Below are positions 37,019 to 46,663 of a stretch of DNA of 64,000 bases, in pieces. Position 1 is the stretch's first letter. Each line of letters starts with the position of its first letter. The DNA lies in contig QNCD01000001.1 in assembly GCA_003644385.1 (NCBI GenBank), positions 598 through 64,597 on the forward strand, read 5' to 3'. The notes under the pieces were generated by a model, which searched no databases, was not told where the DNA came from, and saw only the letters and a program-made list of their open reading frames with translations. The translations under genes and the position numbers were made by a program. The DNA is from Candidatus Omnitrophota bacterium (GTDB lineage: Bacteria; Omnitrophota; Gorgyraeia; Gygaellales; Profunditerraquicolaceae).

Positions 37019-38863
37019 TTATTCTCTTCTTCTTTCGGCAAGAAGAACCACATTCCTTAATTCTTCCTCTCCCTTTACACCCAGCCAATCTCTTTCAAAT
37101 TCAGGATTCTGGGCGATCTGGGCAATAGCGGCTAAGACTTTCAAATGCAGTTGGCGCTGATCAATAGATCCCACAAGCACAAATATGGTATGCACTATAT
37201 TATCATCGGGGAAAATTATCCCTTTTTTAGCCCTGAGTAAAAGAATCTCAAAAATATTCTCACCCTCAACCACAATATGGGGAATTGCCAGGCCTTTCTT
37301 TATTACTGTGTTTGCCTCCTTCTCCCGTTCAATAAATTTTCTAAATAAATTCTCGGGCGCTAAATTTAACTTCTTTCCTAACTTATCAGAAATCCGCCTG
37401 AAGAAATCTTCCATTTCTAAAATCTCTTCGATATCTAAAATATCGGATTGTTCGATAAGTTTATGAAATTTATCTTCAATAATTTCATCTCTCTGAATAA
37501 CGATATCTTTCAGCTCTGTCAGGAGATTATCCGATATTAATTCTTTATCCTTGGCCACTAGCCTTTCTAAAGCATATATTAAAGCAGAATCGCCAACCGC
37601 TCGTTTCTGGGCATAAAGCTTATACCAGGCAAACCCCGCTAAAATAAAAATAACCGTCAGAAAAACAATAAAGGTACCCATTTCAATTAAAAGAAAGGTT
37701 CCCCCCAGTATCCCTATGGTTTGCAAATATGGATAAAAAGGAGCGTAGAATTTTGGTCGGTAGCTGGAAATTCTGCTCGCCCTAAACAAAATAAGGGTAA
37801 AATTTGCAAAAATATAAAGCAGGATTAAGATACTGGAGGCAACCTTGACTAATAAATCCAGCTGTAAAAACATAATAACAGCTACCATAAATAAACCGGT
37901 AAATAAAATGGAAAGGTACGGCGTTTTAAACTTAGAGCTTATTCTTTGAAAAGCAGCGGGTAAAAGTTTATCTCTGCTCATACCCAGGGGATAGCGTGCC
38001 GCAGTCATAATTCCGGCATTAGCAGTAGAAATAAAAGCCAGAAATGCTCCGATGCTTATTATTATTCTTAAAATATCTCCGCCAATGGCTCCTGCTCCGT
38101 CAGATATAGGTATAAGGGTGCCCTTTAAACTTTCGGGATTTAACACGCCGACAGTTACATAAATGACTACAGCATAAAGACAGGAAGTAACCGCCAAGGA
38201 AAGAATCATCCCCAAAGGTAAGTTCCTTCCGGGATTTTTTACCTCTTCGGCTAAAGCAGCCACCTTAGTCAACCCGCCATAAGAAATAAAAACAAAGCTT
38301 GCCGTAGCAAACATCGCTCCGAGACCATTGGAGAAGAAAGGAGAAAAATTTATTGGTTTTGCTGCTTTTACCCCTAAGATAACATAACCTAAAAGCACTG
38401 CGATAAGCCCCAGGACTAAAATTACCTGGAATCTTCCTGCCTCTTTGACGCCGACCAAATTTAAAAAAATAAAAAACAGACAGCAAATAACAGCAATAAT
38501 ATTCAAAGGAAGATGGGTTATTATACTTAGATATGCACCCATACCAATGAGAGCAAAGGCGCCTTTTAAACTTAAAGAAAACCAAGTAGAAAAGCCGGCT
38601 ACAGTACCTAAGAGAGGGCCGAAACCCCTCATGATATAAAAATAATCCCCTCCGGCCTTAGGCATGGCAGTGGTCAATTCAGCCATGCTGAAAAGGGTAG
38701 GAAGACAGAATAATCCCGCTATGGAATAAGAAAGAATAACCGCCGGGCCCGCTTTAGCAAAAGCTATACCGGGCAAAATAAATAAACCGGAACTAATCAT
38801 CGCTCCGGTTGCCACGCAGAAAATATCCAAAAGATTAAGTTCTTTTTTTAAACTCTTTTCCAT
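37019..38863 (-). CDS. APC-family amino acid permease fused to a C-terminal PTS EIIA (Ntr/Fru-type) domain
   Basis: GAMISSGLFILPG, MPKAGGDY, AEEVKNP, many transmembrane helices; EREK...GLAIPH and HLKVLAAIAQ. Confidence 0.9.
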   Translation of the reverse strand: MEKSLKKELNLLDIFCVATGAMISSGLFILPGIAFAKAGPAVILSYSIAGLFCLPTLFSMAELTTAMPKAGGDYFYIMRGFGPLLGTVAGFSTWFSLSLKGAFALIGMGAYLSIITHLPLNIIAVICCLFFIFLNLVGVKEAGRFQVILVLGLIAVLLGYVILGVKAAKPINFSPFFSNGLGAMFATASFVFISYGGLTKVAALAEEVKNPGRNLPLGMILSLAVTSCLYAVVIYVTVGVLNPESLKGTLIPISDGAGAIGGDILRIIISIGAFLAFISTANAGIMTAARYPLGMSRDKLLPAAFQRISSKFKTPYLSILFTGLFMVAVIMFLQLDLLVKVASSILILLYIFANFTLILFRASRISSYRPKFYAPFYPYLQTIGILGGTFLLIEMGTFIVFLTVIFILAGFAWYKLYAQKRAVGDSALIYALERLVAKDKELISDNLLTELKDIVIQRDEIIEDKFHKLIEQSDILDIEEILEMEDFFRRISDKLGKKLNLAPENLFRKFIEREKEANTVIKKGLAIPHIVVEGENIFEILLLRAKKGIIFPDDNIVHTIFVLVGSIDQRQLHLKVLAAIAQIAQNPEFERDWLGVKGEEELRNVVLLAERRRE

Positions 38864-38953
38864 TTTGCTTATCTAAAATATGGCTTAATCTTTTCTACAT
38901 TTAGTCTTTCCTGATTATACCACTTTTATCATAAAATTGTAAATAAAACAAAA

Positions 38954-38982
38954 AGAGCCGCCAAAATTAATTGGCGGGCTTA
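38954..38982 (-). terminator. Terminator hairpin downstream of the displaced tRNA 3' end
   Basis: GCCGCCAA-aattaa-TTGGCGGGC, followed by a T-run on the - strand. Confidence 0.65.
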
Positions 38983-38983
38983 T

Positions 38984-39028
38984 TGGTTGCGGGGAACGGA
39001 TTTGAACCGTTGACCTTTAGGTTATGAG
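38984..39028 (-). repeat. att-like 42-bp direct repeat of the tRNA-fMet 3' half, plus CCA
   Basis: 38987-39028 is identical to 40268-40309; this copy continues with CCA on the - strand. Confidence 0.93.
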
Positions 39029-40267
39029 GCTTAAAAACTCCGTCTTTTTAGAACTCCCTTTTAAGCCTCATCACCTCCTTTAGTCTATTGAAACTACTCC
39101 TTTACTTTGGAATAATTCTAATTTGTTAATTCCTTAAGGGTTTTTGACTTTTGTAAAATTAACTTACTTAAAATATTATTCCCTTCTGAAGTCAAATGAA
39201 CAGGATCAATAAAATATTTTTTAAAATCATTACTATCAAAATAGTTATGTAAATCGATAAATTCACAATTATATTTTTTTGCGATTTTATTTAAAATAAC
39301 GGGGATATTGCTATATTTATCGCTATAATCTTCGTAATTAGTTGTCATCTCTCCAAAATTTCTTGCCATTAAAACTTCTGGCATTAGAATAACTTTTATA
39401 TTTTTACTTACACTTAAGTCAACACAACTATCTATATTTTTATAAAATTCATTTTCTAGTTCTTTATATCTCACAGAGTTTCGCTCATAAGACTTAGTTT
39501 GATTAGATTGATTTATGAGGAATTTTTCTTTGAGTGTCACTAATAATAGGCTGTATCTTTCTAAGAAATTGTAAAAGGAGCCTAATTTAGCAGAAACAGT
39601 TGCATAAATTTTATTAACATCTTTTATAAATATGTCATTGTATCCACAGTAAAAAATGATTAATTTTGGAGAAATTTTTTCTAATATTCTCTTAAGAGGT
39701 TTATAATAGCTATCTGAAGACCTTCCGGCCATTCCCATATTTACAATAATATATTTTATATGGTTAGAGCTTGAAAGTGAACTATTAACCAGTTGATTAA
39801 GAAGATACGGATACCTATGCTCAGGCTCATTAAATACACCTGCAGTTGAAGAACCGCCAACACAAACTATATATTCATAATTCCTATTGTTTATATCGTA
39901 AGGTAATCGTAAATCATTAAATGCTTTATTTAAAAAAGTATCTACATCAATTTCAGAAATTTTTATATATTTATTATTTATATCTGATTTTTCACTATCC
40001 TTTCTTAACCCATAAAATAACCAAGCCCGATTTTTCTGTTTTATTGAGTAGCGTATTCTTTGCGTAACTTCAAGTGAAAGAAATATAATCAGAAGAGGTA
40101 TGAGTGAAAAAAGAGAATATTTAATTATTTTTCTAAGCGGAATCAGCATCTCCTTGACTTGATATAACAAAATCCTTTGATAAGTAATAATAGTGTGGTA
40201 GTAATTAATATATCTTTTTTCATATTATCCAATATCTTTTTAATTTTACTTCCTCTAAAATAAAAAA
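39029..40267. mobile_element. Integrase-less AT-rich genomic islet integrated at tRNA-fMet
   Basis: Bounded by the 42-bp direct repeats; visibly more AT-rich than its flanks; carries one gene. Confidence 0.8.
39118..40170 (-). CDS. Membrane-anchored SGNH/GDSL hydrolase family protein
   Basis: CVGGSSTAG, NMGMAG, YCGYND, DPVHLTSEGN; N-terminal transmembrane helix with LEV..R. Confidence 0.88.
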   Translation of the reverse strand: MLYQVKEMLIPLRKIIKYSLFSLIPLLIIFLSLEVTQRIRYSIKQKNRAWLFYGLRKDSEKSDINNKYIKISEIDVDTFLNKAFNDLRLPYDINNRNYEYIVCVGGSSTAGVFNEPEHRYPYLLNQLVNSSLSSSNHIKYIIVNMGMAGRSSDSYYKPLKRILEKISPKLIIFYCGYNDIFIKDVNKIYATVSAKLGSFYNFLERYSLLLVTLKEKFLINQSNQTKSYERNSVRYKELENEFYKNIDSCVDLSVSKNIKVILMPEVLMARNFGEMTTNYEDYSDKYSNIPVILNKIAKKYNCEFIDLHNYFDSNDFKKYFIDPVHLTSEGNNILSKLILQKSKTLKELTN

Positions 40268-40341
40268 TTGCGGGGAACGGATTTGAACCGTTGACCTTTA
40301 GGTTATGAGCCTAACGAGCTACCAGACTGCTCCACCCCGCG
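40268..40341 (-). tRNA. tRNA-Met(CAT), initiator type; CCA not encoded
   Basis: CGCGGGGTGGAGCAGTCTGGTAGCTCGTTAGGCTCATAACCTAAAGGTCAACGGTTCAAATCCGTTCCCCGCAA; C1:A72 mismatch. Confidence 0.96.
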
Positions 40342-40458
40342 ATATCTTTTTGTAAGGTGGGATCCCGAAAGAAGTGAGGGACTCCACCCCGTGATTATTT
40401 ATATTCGAGTCACACTTTGTCACTTGTGACTTTGTGATCCATGCAATAAAGAACAATA

Positions 40459-40731
40459 CTACTCTACCTCAGGAATTATCTTCACCGGAACTTCGCCCTT
40501 ACGTACCAAACCCATCTTCTCTCTGATTATCTTCTCCTGATAAAGGGGATCTCTTTCCAAACGCTTTAGTTCCGTATTCAAAAGAGTATTTTCTACTTTT
40601 AATTGCTTGATCCTATCCTCTAATTCTTTATTCCTGTCCCTTAAGTCCTGCAGCTTTGAGAAGCCCGGTAAAAATATTACCAAGAAAAGAATTACAAGCC
40701 CTGAATACAAAAATGCCCTTTTTAAAATCAT
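40459..40731 (-). CDS. ftsB: Septum formation initiator FtsB/DivIC
   Basis: One transmembrane helix, coiled coil, [20 protein letters not shown]; follows eno. Confidence 0.85.
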   Translation of the reverse strand: MILKRAFLYSGLVILFLVIFLPGFSKLQDLRDRNKELEDRIKQLKVENTLLNTELKRLERDPLYQEKIIREKMGLVRKGEVPVKIIPEVE

Positions 40732-42011
40732 TTCTTCCAGAGAGTGCCGGCGTAAACCGCCTCTCCTTTTAATTCTTCCTCGATGCGCAGCAATTCATTA
40801 TATTTGCAGACCCTGTCTGTCCTAGATAAAGATCCGGTCTTAATCTGGCCTACCCCGGTAGCTACAGCAAGGTGCGCAATAGTCGTATCTTCGGTCTCTC
40901 CTGAACGGTGGGAAATTATTGCCGCATATTTATTTTTCTTGGCTAAATTTACTACCTCTAAAGTTTCAGAAAGAGAACCGATCTGATTTACTTTTACCAG
41001 AATAGCATTACCTATCTTCTGTTCTATTCCTTTTCTAAAAATCTCAGGGTTAGTGACAAAAATATCATCGCCGACTAGCTGCGTCTTTTCACCTAAGGCC
41101 TGGGTCATTTCTTTCCAGCCACCCCAATCATGTTCAGAAAGCCCGTCTTCTATCGAAACAATCGGATATTTTCCGATCCAGTCTTTATAAATATTTATCA
41201 AATCTTTGCTGTTTTTTGCCGCGCCCTCAAATTGATAAACGCCGTCTTTTTCAGAAAACCCTGGTTTATAAAAAGAACTGGCAGCACAATCCAAAGCCAG
41301 ATAAATATCCTTTGCCGGTTTGAAACCTGCTTTTTCTACAGCCTGAAGGATTAAAGTCAAGGCCTCTTCGTTTGAATTAAGCCGGGGAGCAAATCCTCCC
41401 TCATCCCCCACGGATGTAGAGAGCGCTTTAGATTTAAGAAGAGATTTTAAACTGTGGAATACTTCGGTAGCATACCTTATTGCTTCGGAAAAGCTGGGTG
41501 CTCCTATCGGCATAATCATAAATTCCTGAATATCCAAATTATTATCAGCGTGCAAGCCGCCATTTAGGATATTCATCAGAGGCACAGGCAAAATATTTGC
41601 CTGATTACCGCCTAAAAATCTATATAAAGGCTGCCTATTTGCCAATGCCGCGGCCTTTGCAACTGCTAACGATACTCCTAATATAGCATTAGCACCTAAT
41701 TTTGACTTATTAGCTGTGGCATCTAAGTCAATAAGAAGTTTATCTATTTTTTTAAAATCAGGCTCTAAACCCTTTATCTTTAAAGCAATTACACTATTAA
41801 CATTATTGACTGCCTTAAGTACTCCTTTTCCCAAATATTTGGATTTGTCGCCATCCCTCAATTCCAGGGCTTCTTTTTCACCTGTGGAAGCTCCGGAAGG
41901 AACCGCAGCCCGGCCTAAAATCCCATTATCCAGAATAATATCCACCTCGATAGTAGGGTTCCCCCGTGAATCCAGAATTTGCCGCCCAATAGTCTCTCTT
42001 ATTTTTTCCAT
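40728..42011 (-). CDS. eno: Enolase
   Basis: [36 protein letters not shown]. Confidence 0.98.
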   Translation of the reverse strand: MEKIRETIGRQILDSRGNPTIEVDIILDNGILGRAAVPSGASTGEKEALELRDGDKSKYLGKGVLKAVNNVNSVIALKIKGLEPDFKKIDKLLIDLDATANKSKLGANAILGVSLAVAKAAALANRQPLYRFLGGNQANILPVPLMNILNGGLHADNNLDIQEFMIMPIGAPSFSEAIRYATEVFHSLKSLLKSKALSTSVGDEGGFAPRLNSNEEALTLILQAVEKAGFKPAKDIYLALDCAASSFYKPGFSEKDGVYQFEGAAKNSKDLINIYKDWIGKYPIVSIEDGLSEHDWGGWKEMTQALGEKTQLVGDDIFVTNPEIFRKGIEQKIGNAILVKVNQIGSLSETLEVVNLAKKNKYAAIISHRSGETEDTTIAHLAVATGVGQIKTGSLSRTDRVCKYNELLRIEEELKGEAVYAGTLWKK

Positions 42012-42052
42012 ATAATCTCCTATTCCTCTTTATGAAAACAGACAGGAATAGT

Positions 42053-42134
42053 AGAATAACACACCCGTTTTGCCTAGTCAAGCAAAAACTACCCCCTCTT
42101 CTTTATTGACTTTTATGAATATTCATGTTAAGCT
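42053..42134. promoter_or_regulatory. Divergent sigma70-type promoters for eno (-) and the FtsH-like gene (+)
   Basis: - strand TTGACT-17-TATTCT (42081-42053); + strand TTGACT-17-TAAGCT (42106-42134), with palindrome ATGAATATTCAT in the spacer. Confidence 0.55.
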
Positions 42135-42176
42135 AAATTTCTGTTCATAAAATAAGAAAAGAAAGGGAGCTAGAAA

Positions 42177-43868
42177 ATGTCGGATTTAAGAAAATTAAAA
42201 GTATATTTTAGATTGCACTGGATCAAAATATTGCTTATAACCCTTGCCAGTATTTTAGGGATATTCACGGTTATCGTGCTTTCTGCCGGCGTCACTGCCA
42301 TGCTTAACCTGGAGTCCTTCTATAAACAGCTGCAATTCTCAAGCATCCCTTTACAATTCTTCTTTTCAATTGTCACCGCGATTATCTTTGCTTCCATCTA
42401 CACTATTTTCCATTATTGGTTCTTTTTTGGCGGGGGGATGACTAAATTAGGCCAGAAAAAAGTAAAAAGCGAAGAAGTAAATATACGCTGGAAGGAAGTC
42501 ATTGGAATGGATGAAGTAAAACGCGAAGCCTGGGAAGTAGTACAGCTGCTCAAAGACCGCTCCAGCCTGCAGCGTGTAGGCGGCAGGGTAATCAAAGGGC
42601 TCCTGCTCTCCGGCCCTCCGGGATGCGGCAAGACCTACCTGGCAAAAGCTATTGCAACAGAAGTAGGTTTGCCTTTTTTATCGGTAGTAGGCAGCGAAAT
42701 AGAAGGTATTATTGTAGGATTAGGGGCGGCAAAACTGCGCGCTCTTTTTAAAGAAGCCAGAGCCATGGCAGAGCTTCACGGCGGATGTATCGTATTTATT
42801 GACGAGGTAGATTCCATTGCCCGGCCGCGCCGCGGAGATATGGGTTTCGGCGGACAGATGAGCGCAAATGCCGCTGTAAATCAACTGCTCACGGAAATGG
42901 ACGGCTTAAGAAAAATAGAAAATAATGTTGTAGTAATCGGAGCAACTAACGTTGATGAACGCGAACTTGACCCGGCTTTAATGCGCGCCGGAAGATTTGA
43001 CAGAAAAATCTATATCGGATTGCCGAGCCTAAAAGACAGGGAGAATTTATTCCGTTTTTATCTTAGTAAAATAAAGTACGATCCAGAAAGCATCGATGTA
43101 GCTGTAGTTGCCCGGAAAGCGGTTTATAAAAGCCCTGCGGATATATCTAATATCGCCCGCGAAGCCAGTATTATCGCGGTGCGCAATAAAAAAGAAAAAG
43201 TTACCATGAAAGAAATAAATGAAGCCATGGACAGGATAGACTTAGGTTTAAAGAAACCCATTGAATTCAGCGAAAAAGAAAAAGAGCAAGTCGCCTATCA
43301 CGAGGCCGGCCATGCTATCGTAGCTTACCTCCTGCACCCTACTGATGACGTCTTTAAAGCCAGTATCATTCCGCGCAGTATCGGGCTGGGGGTTGTCTCT
43401 CACCATTCGCGCCAAGAATCGCATATCCACAACCGTGAATATTACCTGGCTAACATTAAAGTAACACTGGGCTCATACGTGGCGGAAAAATTAAAATTCA
43501 ATACCACCACCTCCGGCGTAGATGAAGATATGCATCAGGCAATGTGGTGGGCCTATAATATGGTCTGGCGCTGGGGCATGGGGCCGTCAGGCTTAAAAGG
43601 GAATTTTAAGGCATTAGAAGCTTCTTTTGGTAATCCTTTAGGATTTAGCACGCCAAACTTTCTTTCTGAAAAAACAAAAGAAAAATTAGATGAAGACGTG
43701 CAGAAGATAATCCAGCAGTGCCTCCAGGAAGTAGAAGGACTGTTAACCAAAGAAGCTCAACTGCTAGAGCGCTTCGCACAAGAACTGAAAAACAGGCAGG
43801 AACTCGATTATGATGAAATTGAAGCTATATTCAAGGAATGCGGAAAAGAAAGACTGCGCCAGCCATAA
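42177..43868 (+). CDS. FtsH-like AAA+ zinc metalloprotease (M41)
   Basis: Two transmembrane helices, GPPGCGKT, FIDEVD, NQLLTEMDG, RAGRFDR, YHEAGHA. Confidence 0.9.
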   Translation: MSDLRKLKVYFRLHWIKILLITLASILGIFTVIVLSAGVTAMLNLESFYKQLQFSSIPLQFFFSIVTAIIFASIYTIFHYWFFFGGGMTKLGQKKVKSEEVNIRWKEVIGMDEVKREAWEVVQLLKDRSSLQRVGGRVIKGLLLSGPPGCGKTYLAKAIATEVGLPFLSVVGSEIEGIIVGLGAAKLRALFKEARAMAELHGGCIVFIDEVDSIARPRRGDMGFGGQMSANAAVNQLLTEMDGLRKIENNVVVIGATNVDERELDPALMRAGRFDRKIYIGLPSLKDRENLFRFYLSKIKYDPESIDVAVVARKAVYKSPADISNIAREASIIAVRNKKEKVTMKEINEAMDRIDLGLKKPIEFSEKEKEQVAYHEAGHAIVAYLLHPTDDVFKASIIPRSIGLGVVSHHSRQESHIHNREYYLANIKVTLGSYVAEKLKFNTTTSGVDEDMHQAMWWAYNMVWRWGMGPSGLKGNFKALEASFGNPLGFSTPNFLSEKTKEKLDEDVQKIIQQCLQEVEGLLTKEAQLLERFAQELKNRQELDYDEIEAIFKECGKERLRQP

Positions 43869-44665
43869 TACCTATCCTCATTGCTGTGTTTCTATCGGGT
43901 TGCTTAAAGATAGAACCTACCTATACTAAAGAAAAAATCGTTGACTCTGTAATCTCGCTGTGCCTCACCGAATATAATATTGAACCTAAAGTCTGGCTGC
44001 TTGAAGACACGCTCTGGATTTATATCCCTGTCAGCTCTCTGATTACCAGCAACCTGCAGCTTGACCAGGAGACTTTTATAGCTATAAATAAAGTCATGCT
44101 CGGAGCAAGCCGGGTGGTATTAAGTATGAAGCCCCGGCCGCAATTTATAGTGGTAGTAGCCTCAGATACACAGCAATACGGCTTGGATTACATGATTACT
44201 ACATGGATTCCGGATATAGTTAAATATCAGCTACAATTAATTTCGCGCGACGAATTCGGCAGGCGCAATTTAATAGAAATCAGCGAAGATGCCAAAGCCT
44301 TAGGCGATGAGGAAGGCCGGCATTTAGAAAAAAAAGATATAAACTTCTGGGAATTCTTAAGCCTTCAGATTTCCCAACGCATCCGTTTTAAATTTACTTT
44401 GGACCCCAAGTATCAGGATTATTTTAAATTGGGAGAAATAAATTCCGAAATCAGCGGTAATACTTTCAGGATAAAGGCTTATATAGAAAAAATTAAAGCC
44501 TTACCTGATGATAAAATTAACGTACAAAAGGAGATCGCTAAGATTGTTTTTGAGGTAATAAAAGCTTACGAAATCAAAGACTATCTTTTAATAGATATAG
44601 AAAATACTGCTACCGGCAAGAAAGCCCTTTTTACAAAATCTGAGCTGGTGAAGCTATTAAGGTAG
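43838..44665 (+). CDS. Hypothetical lipoprotein
   Basis: Lipobox FLSGC; overlaps the end of the FtsH-like gene. Confidence 0.7.
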   Translation: MRKRKTAPAIIPILIAVFLSGCLKIEPTYTKEKIVDSVISLCLTEYNIEPKVWLLEDTLWIYIPVSSLITSNLQLDQETFIAINKVMLGASRVVLSMKPRPQFIVVVASDTQQYGLDYMITTWIPDIVKYQLQLISRDEFGRRNLIEISEDAKALGDEEGRHLEKKDINFWEFLSLQISQRIRFKFTLDPKYQDYFKLGEINSEISGNTFRIKAYIEKIKALPDDKINVQKEIAKIVFEVIKAYEIKDYLLIDIENTATGKKALFTKSELVKLLR

Positions 44666-45259
44666 GATTTTTACTTTTCTTCCTTGCAGTTTTAACTTGC
44701 CTTCTGCAACTAATTGAATGGCCTTGGGATAAAGTTGGTGCTCTATCTTGTGGATTTTTCTCTCTAAAGAATCCTCGCTATCGCCCTCTTCCACCATGAC
44801 TGCTTTCTGCAAAATTATTGCCCCGTGGTCCATTTTCTCATCTACGAAATGAACGGTCACGCCGGTAACTTTTACTCCGTAATCAAAAGCGTCTTTTATA
44901 GCATGCGCTCCCTTAAAGCTGGGCAGCAGAGCAGGATGAATATTTATGATTTTATCTTTATATTGGGCGACAAATTCCGCACTCACTAAACGCATATAAC
45001 CGGCCAGAACAATTAACTCAATATTGTTTTCCTTTAAGTGCTCGATAATTTTATCCTCATATCCCTTCTTATCATTGAAATTTTCTCTTTTTACTAAGGC
45101 TATCTTTATTCCTGCGCGCTTTGCTTTGGCGATTGCTTTGGCCTTGGGATTATCAGAGACTAACAAGGCTAAATTCGCTTTGATTTTACCTTTTTTTACT
45201 GCCCTGATTATAGCGGCAAAATTGCTGCCGCGTCCTGAGGCAAAAACAGCTATATTCAT
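44657..45259 (-). CDS. purN: Phosphoribosylglycinamide formyltransferase
   Basis: ASGRGSNF, LAGYMR, INIHPALLPSF, GVTVHFV, DHG; ATGA overlap with the rnfB stop. Confidence 0.97.
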   Translation of the reverse strand: MNIAVFASGRGSNFAAIIRAVKKGKIKANLALLVSDNPKAKAIAKAKRAGIKIALVKRENFNDKKGYEDKIIEHLKENNIELIVLAGYMRLVSAEFVAQYKDKIINIHPALLPSFKGAHAIKDAFDYGVKVTGVTVHFVDEKMDHGAIILQKAVMVEEGDSEDSLERKIHKIEHQLYPKAIQLVAEGKLKLQGRKVKILP

Positions 45260-46047
45260 TCTTTCATCCTTATCGTCTTCATCGGACAGACTTTTACGCA
45301 CTCTCCACACGAAGTGCATTTATTATAGTCTATAACTGCCAAATTATCAACTACGTGTATAGCATCAAATTTACAGGCTTTTTCGCACAATTTACAGGCA
45401 ATACATCCTACTGGACAAACTGCCTTTGTACCTTTACCTAAATCACCAGAGTTGCAGGATACGTATACTTTTGCTTTTAGCGGAATCAAGCTAAATAATT
45501 TTTTGGGGCAAGCCTCCACGCATCTATTGCAGGCGCGGCATTTATTTTCGTCCACAACCGGTAAGCCCTCCTTTGACATTTTTATTGCGTCAAAATGGCA
45601 TACAGCCACGCAAGTCCCGAATCCCAGGCAGCCATAAGAACAGTCCTTCTGCCCCCCAAATAGAAGATTTGCCGCGATGCAGTCTTTAGCGCCTTTATAA
45701 ATAAATTTGTTCTTTACTCTCTCGGCTGTACCATTGCAATGTAAAACAGCTACCTGCTTTTCCGCTGCCTTAGCTTCTATGCCCAGGATATCCGCGATTT
45801 TCTTACGCGCTTCTTCATCGCTTACCGAACATCTTTGTAAGCCGCAATTTCCCTTAACCAAAGCCTCAGCAAAACCCCTGCATCCCGGCAAACCGCAGGC
45901 GCCGCAGTTTACTCCGGGCAGAATAGAGCATACCTTTTCTATCCGTGGGTCAACATCCACTTGAAATTTTTTTGCCGCCAGGGCAAGGCCTATGCCAAAA
46001 AGTATGCCTAATCCGCTTAAAGTTAAAATCGAGGCTAGCATGTCCAT
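45256..46047 (-). CDS. rnfB: Rnf complex subunit B
   Basis: LPGVNCGACGLPGC and multiple CxxCxxC 4Fe-4S motifs. Confidence 0.95.
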   Translation of the reverse strand: MDMLASILTLSGLGILFGIGLALAAKKFQVDVDPRIEKVCSILPGVNCGACGLPGCRGFAEALVKGNCGLQRCSVSDEEARKKIADILGIEAKAAEKQVAVLHCNGTAERVKNKFIYKGAKDCIAANLLFGGQKDCSYGCLGFGTCVAVCHFDAIKMSKEGLPVVDENKCRACNRCVEACPKKLFSLIPLKAKVYVSCNSGDLGKGTKAVCPVGCIACKLCEKACKFDAIHVVDNLAVIDYNKCTSCGECVKVCPMKTIRMKE

Positions 46048-46053
46048 ATTATA

Positions 46054-46662
46054 TTAAAACCTGAAACCGTTAAAACCCATGAATGCCAGGCTGATCAAAG
46101 AGGCTACTAAAAAGGCAATGGGAATACCCTTAAAACACTCCGGCATATCGTTCAACTCCAGCCTTTCTCTTATTCCGGACATTAAAAGTAATGCCAAGGT
46201 AAACCCTACACCTGCGAAAACTGACTGCACCAGAGAAAGCGCAAAACTGAAAGCAACTGCCTGGCCCTTTACAAAAAAATTATTGATATTTAAGACCGTT
46301 ACTCCTAAAACCGCACAATTAGTAGTGATTAAAGGCAGGTATATACCCAAAGTGCGGTACAAAATAGGGGATTTCTTTAATATCACCATCTCGGCAAACT
46401 GAACAAAAGTTGCTATTACTAATATAAAAGTTATAGTCCTTAAATAAGTTATATTAAAAGGCAGCAATATGAAACGGTAAAGCAGCCAGGTAATTATTCC
46501 TGACAAAGTCATCACAAATATAACTGCCGCCCCCATACTTATGGCCGGCTTGATATTGCGCGATACCCCCAAAAAAGGACACAACCCCAGGAACTTCGAG
46601 AGGATAAAGTTGTTTATGAATATCATGCTGATGATAACGGTCAGAAATAATTTTAATTCCAT
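46054..46662 (-). CDS. rnfA: Rnf complex subunit A
   Basis: NNFILSKFLGLCPF, LGIYLPLITTNCAVLG, IRERL. Confidence 0.95.
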   Translation of the reverse strand: MELKLFLTVIISMIFINNFILSKFLGLCPFLGVSRNIKPAISMGAAVIFVMTLSGIITWLLYRFILLPFNITYLRTITFILVIATFVQFAEMVILKKSPILYRTLGIYLPLITTNCAVLGVTVLNINNFFVKGQAVAFSFALSLVQSVFAGVGFTLALLLMSGIRERLELNDMPECFKGIPIAFLVASLISLAFMGFNGFRF

Positions 46663-46663
46663 A

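Noticed and set aside
39048-39080. AAGGAGGTG followed by the tiny ORF MRLKREF on the - strand
   Set aside because: No spacing between the Shine-Dalgarno site and the ATG, and only 7 codons; at most a remnant.
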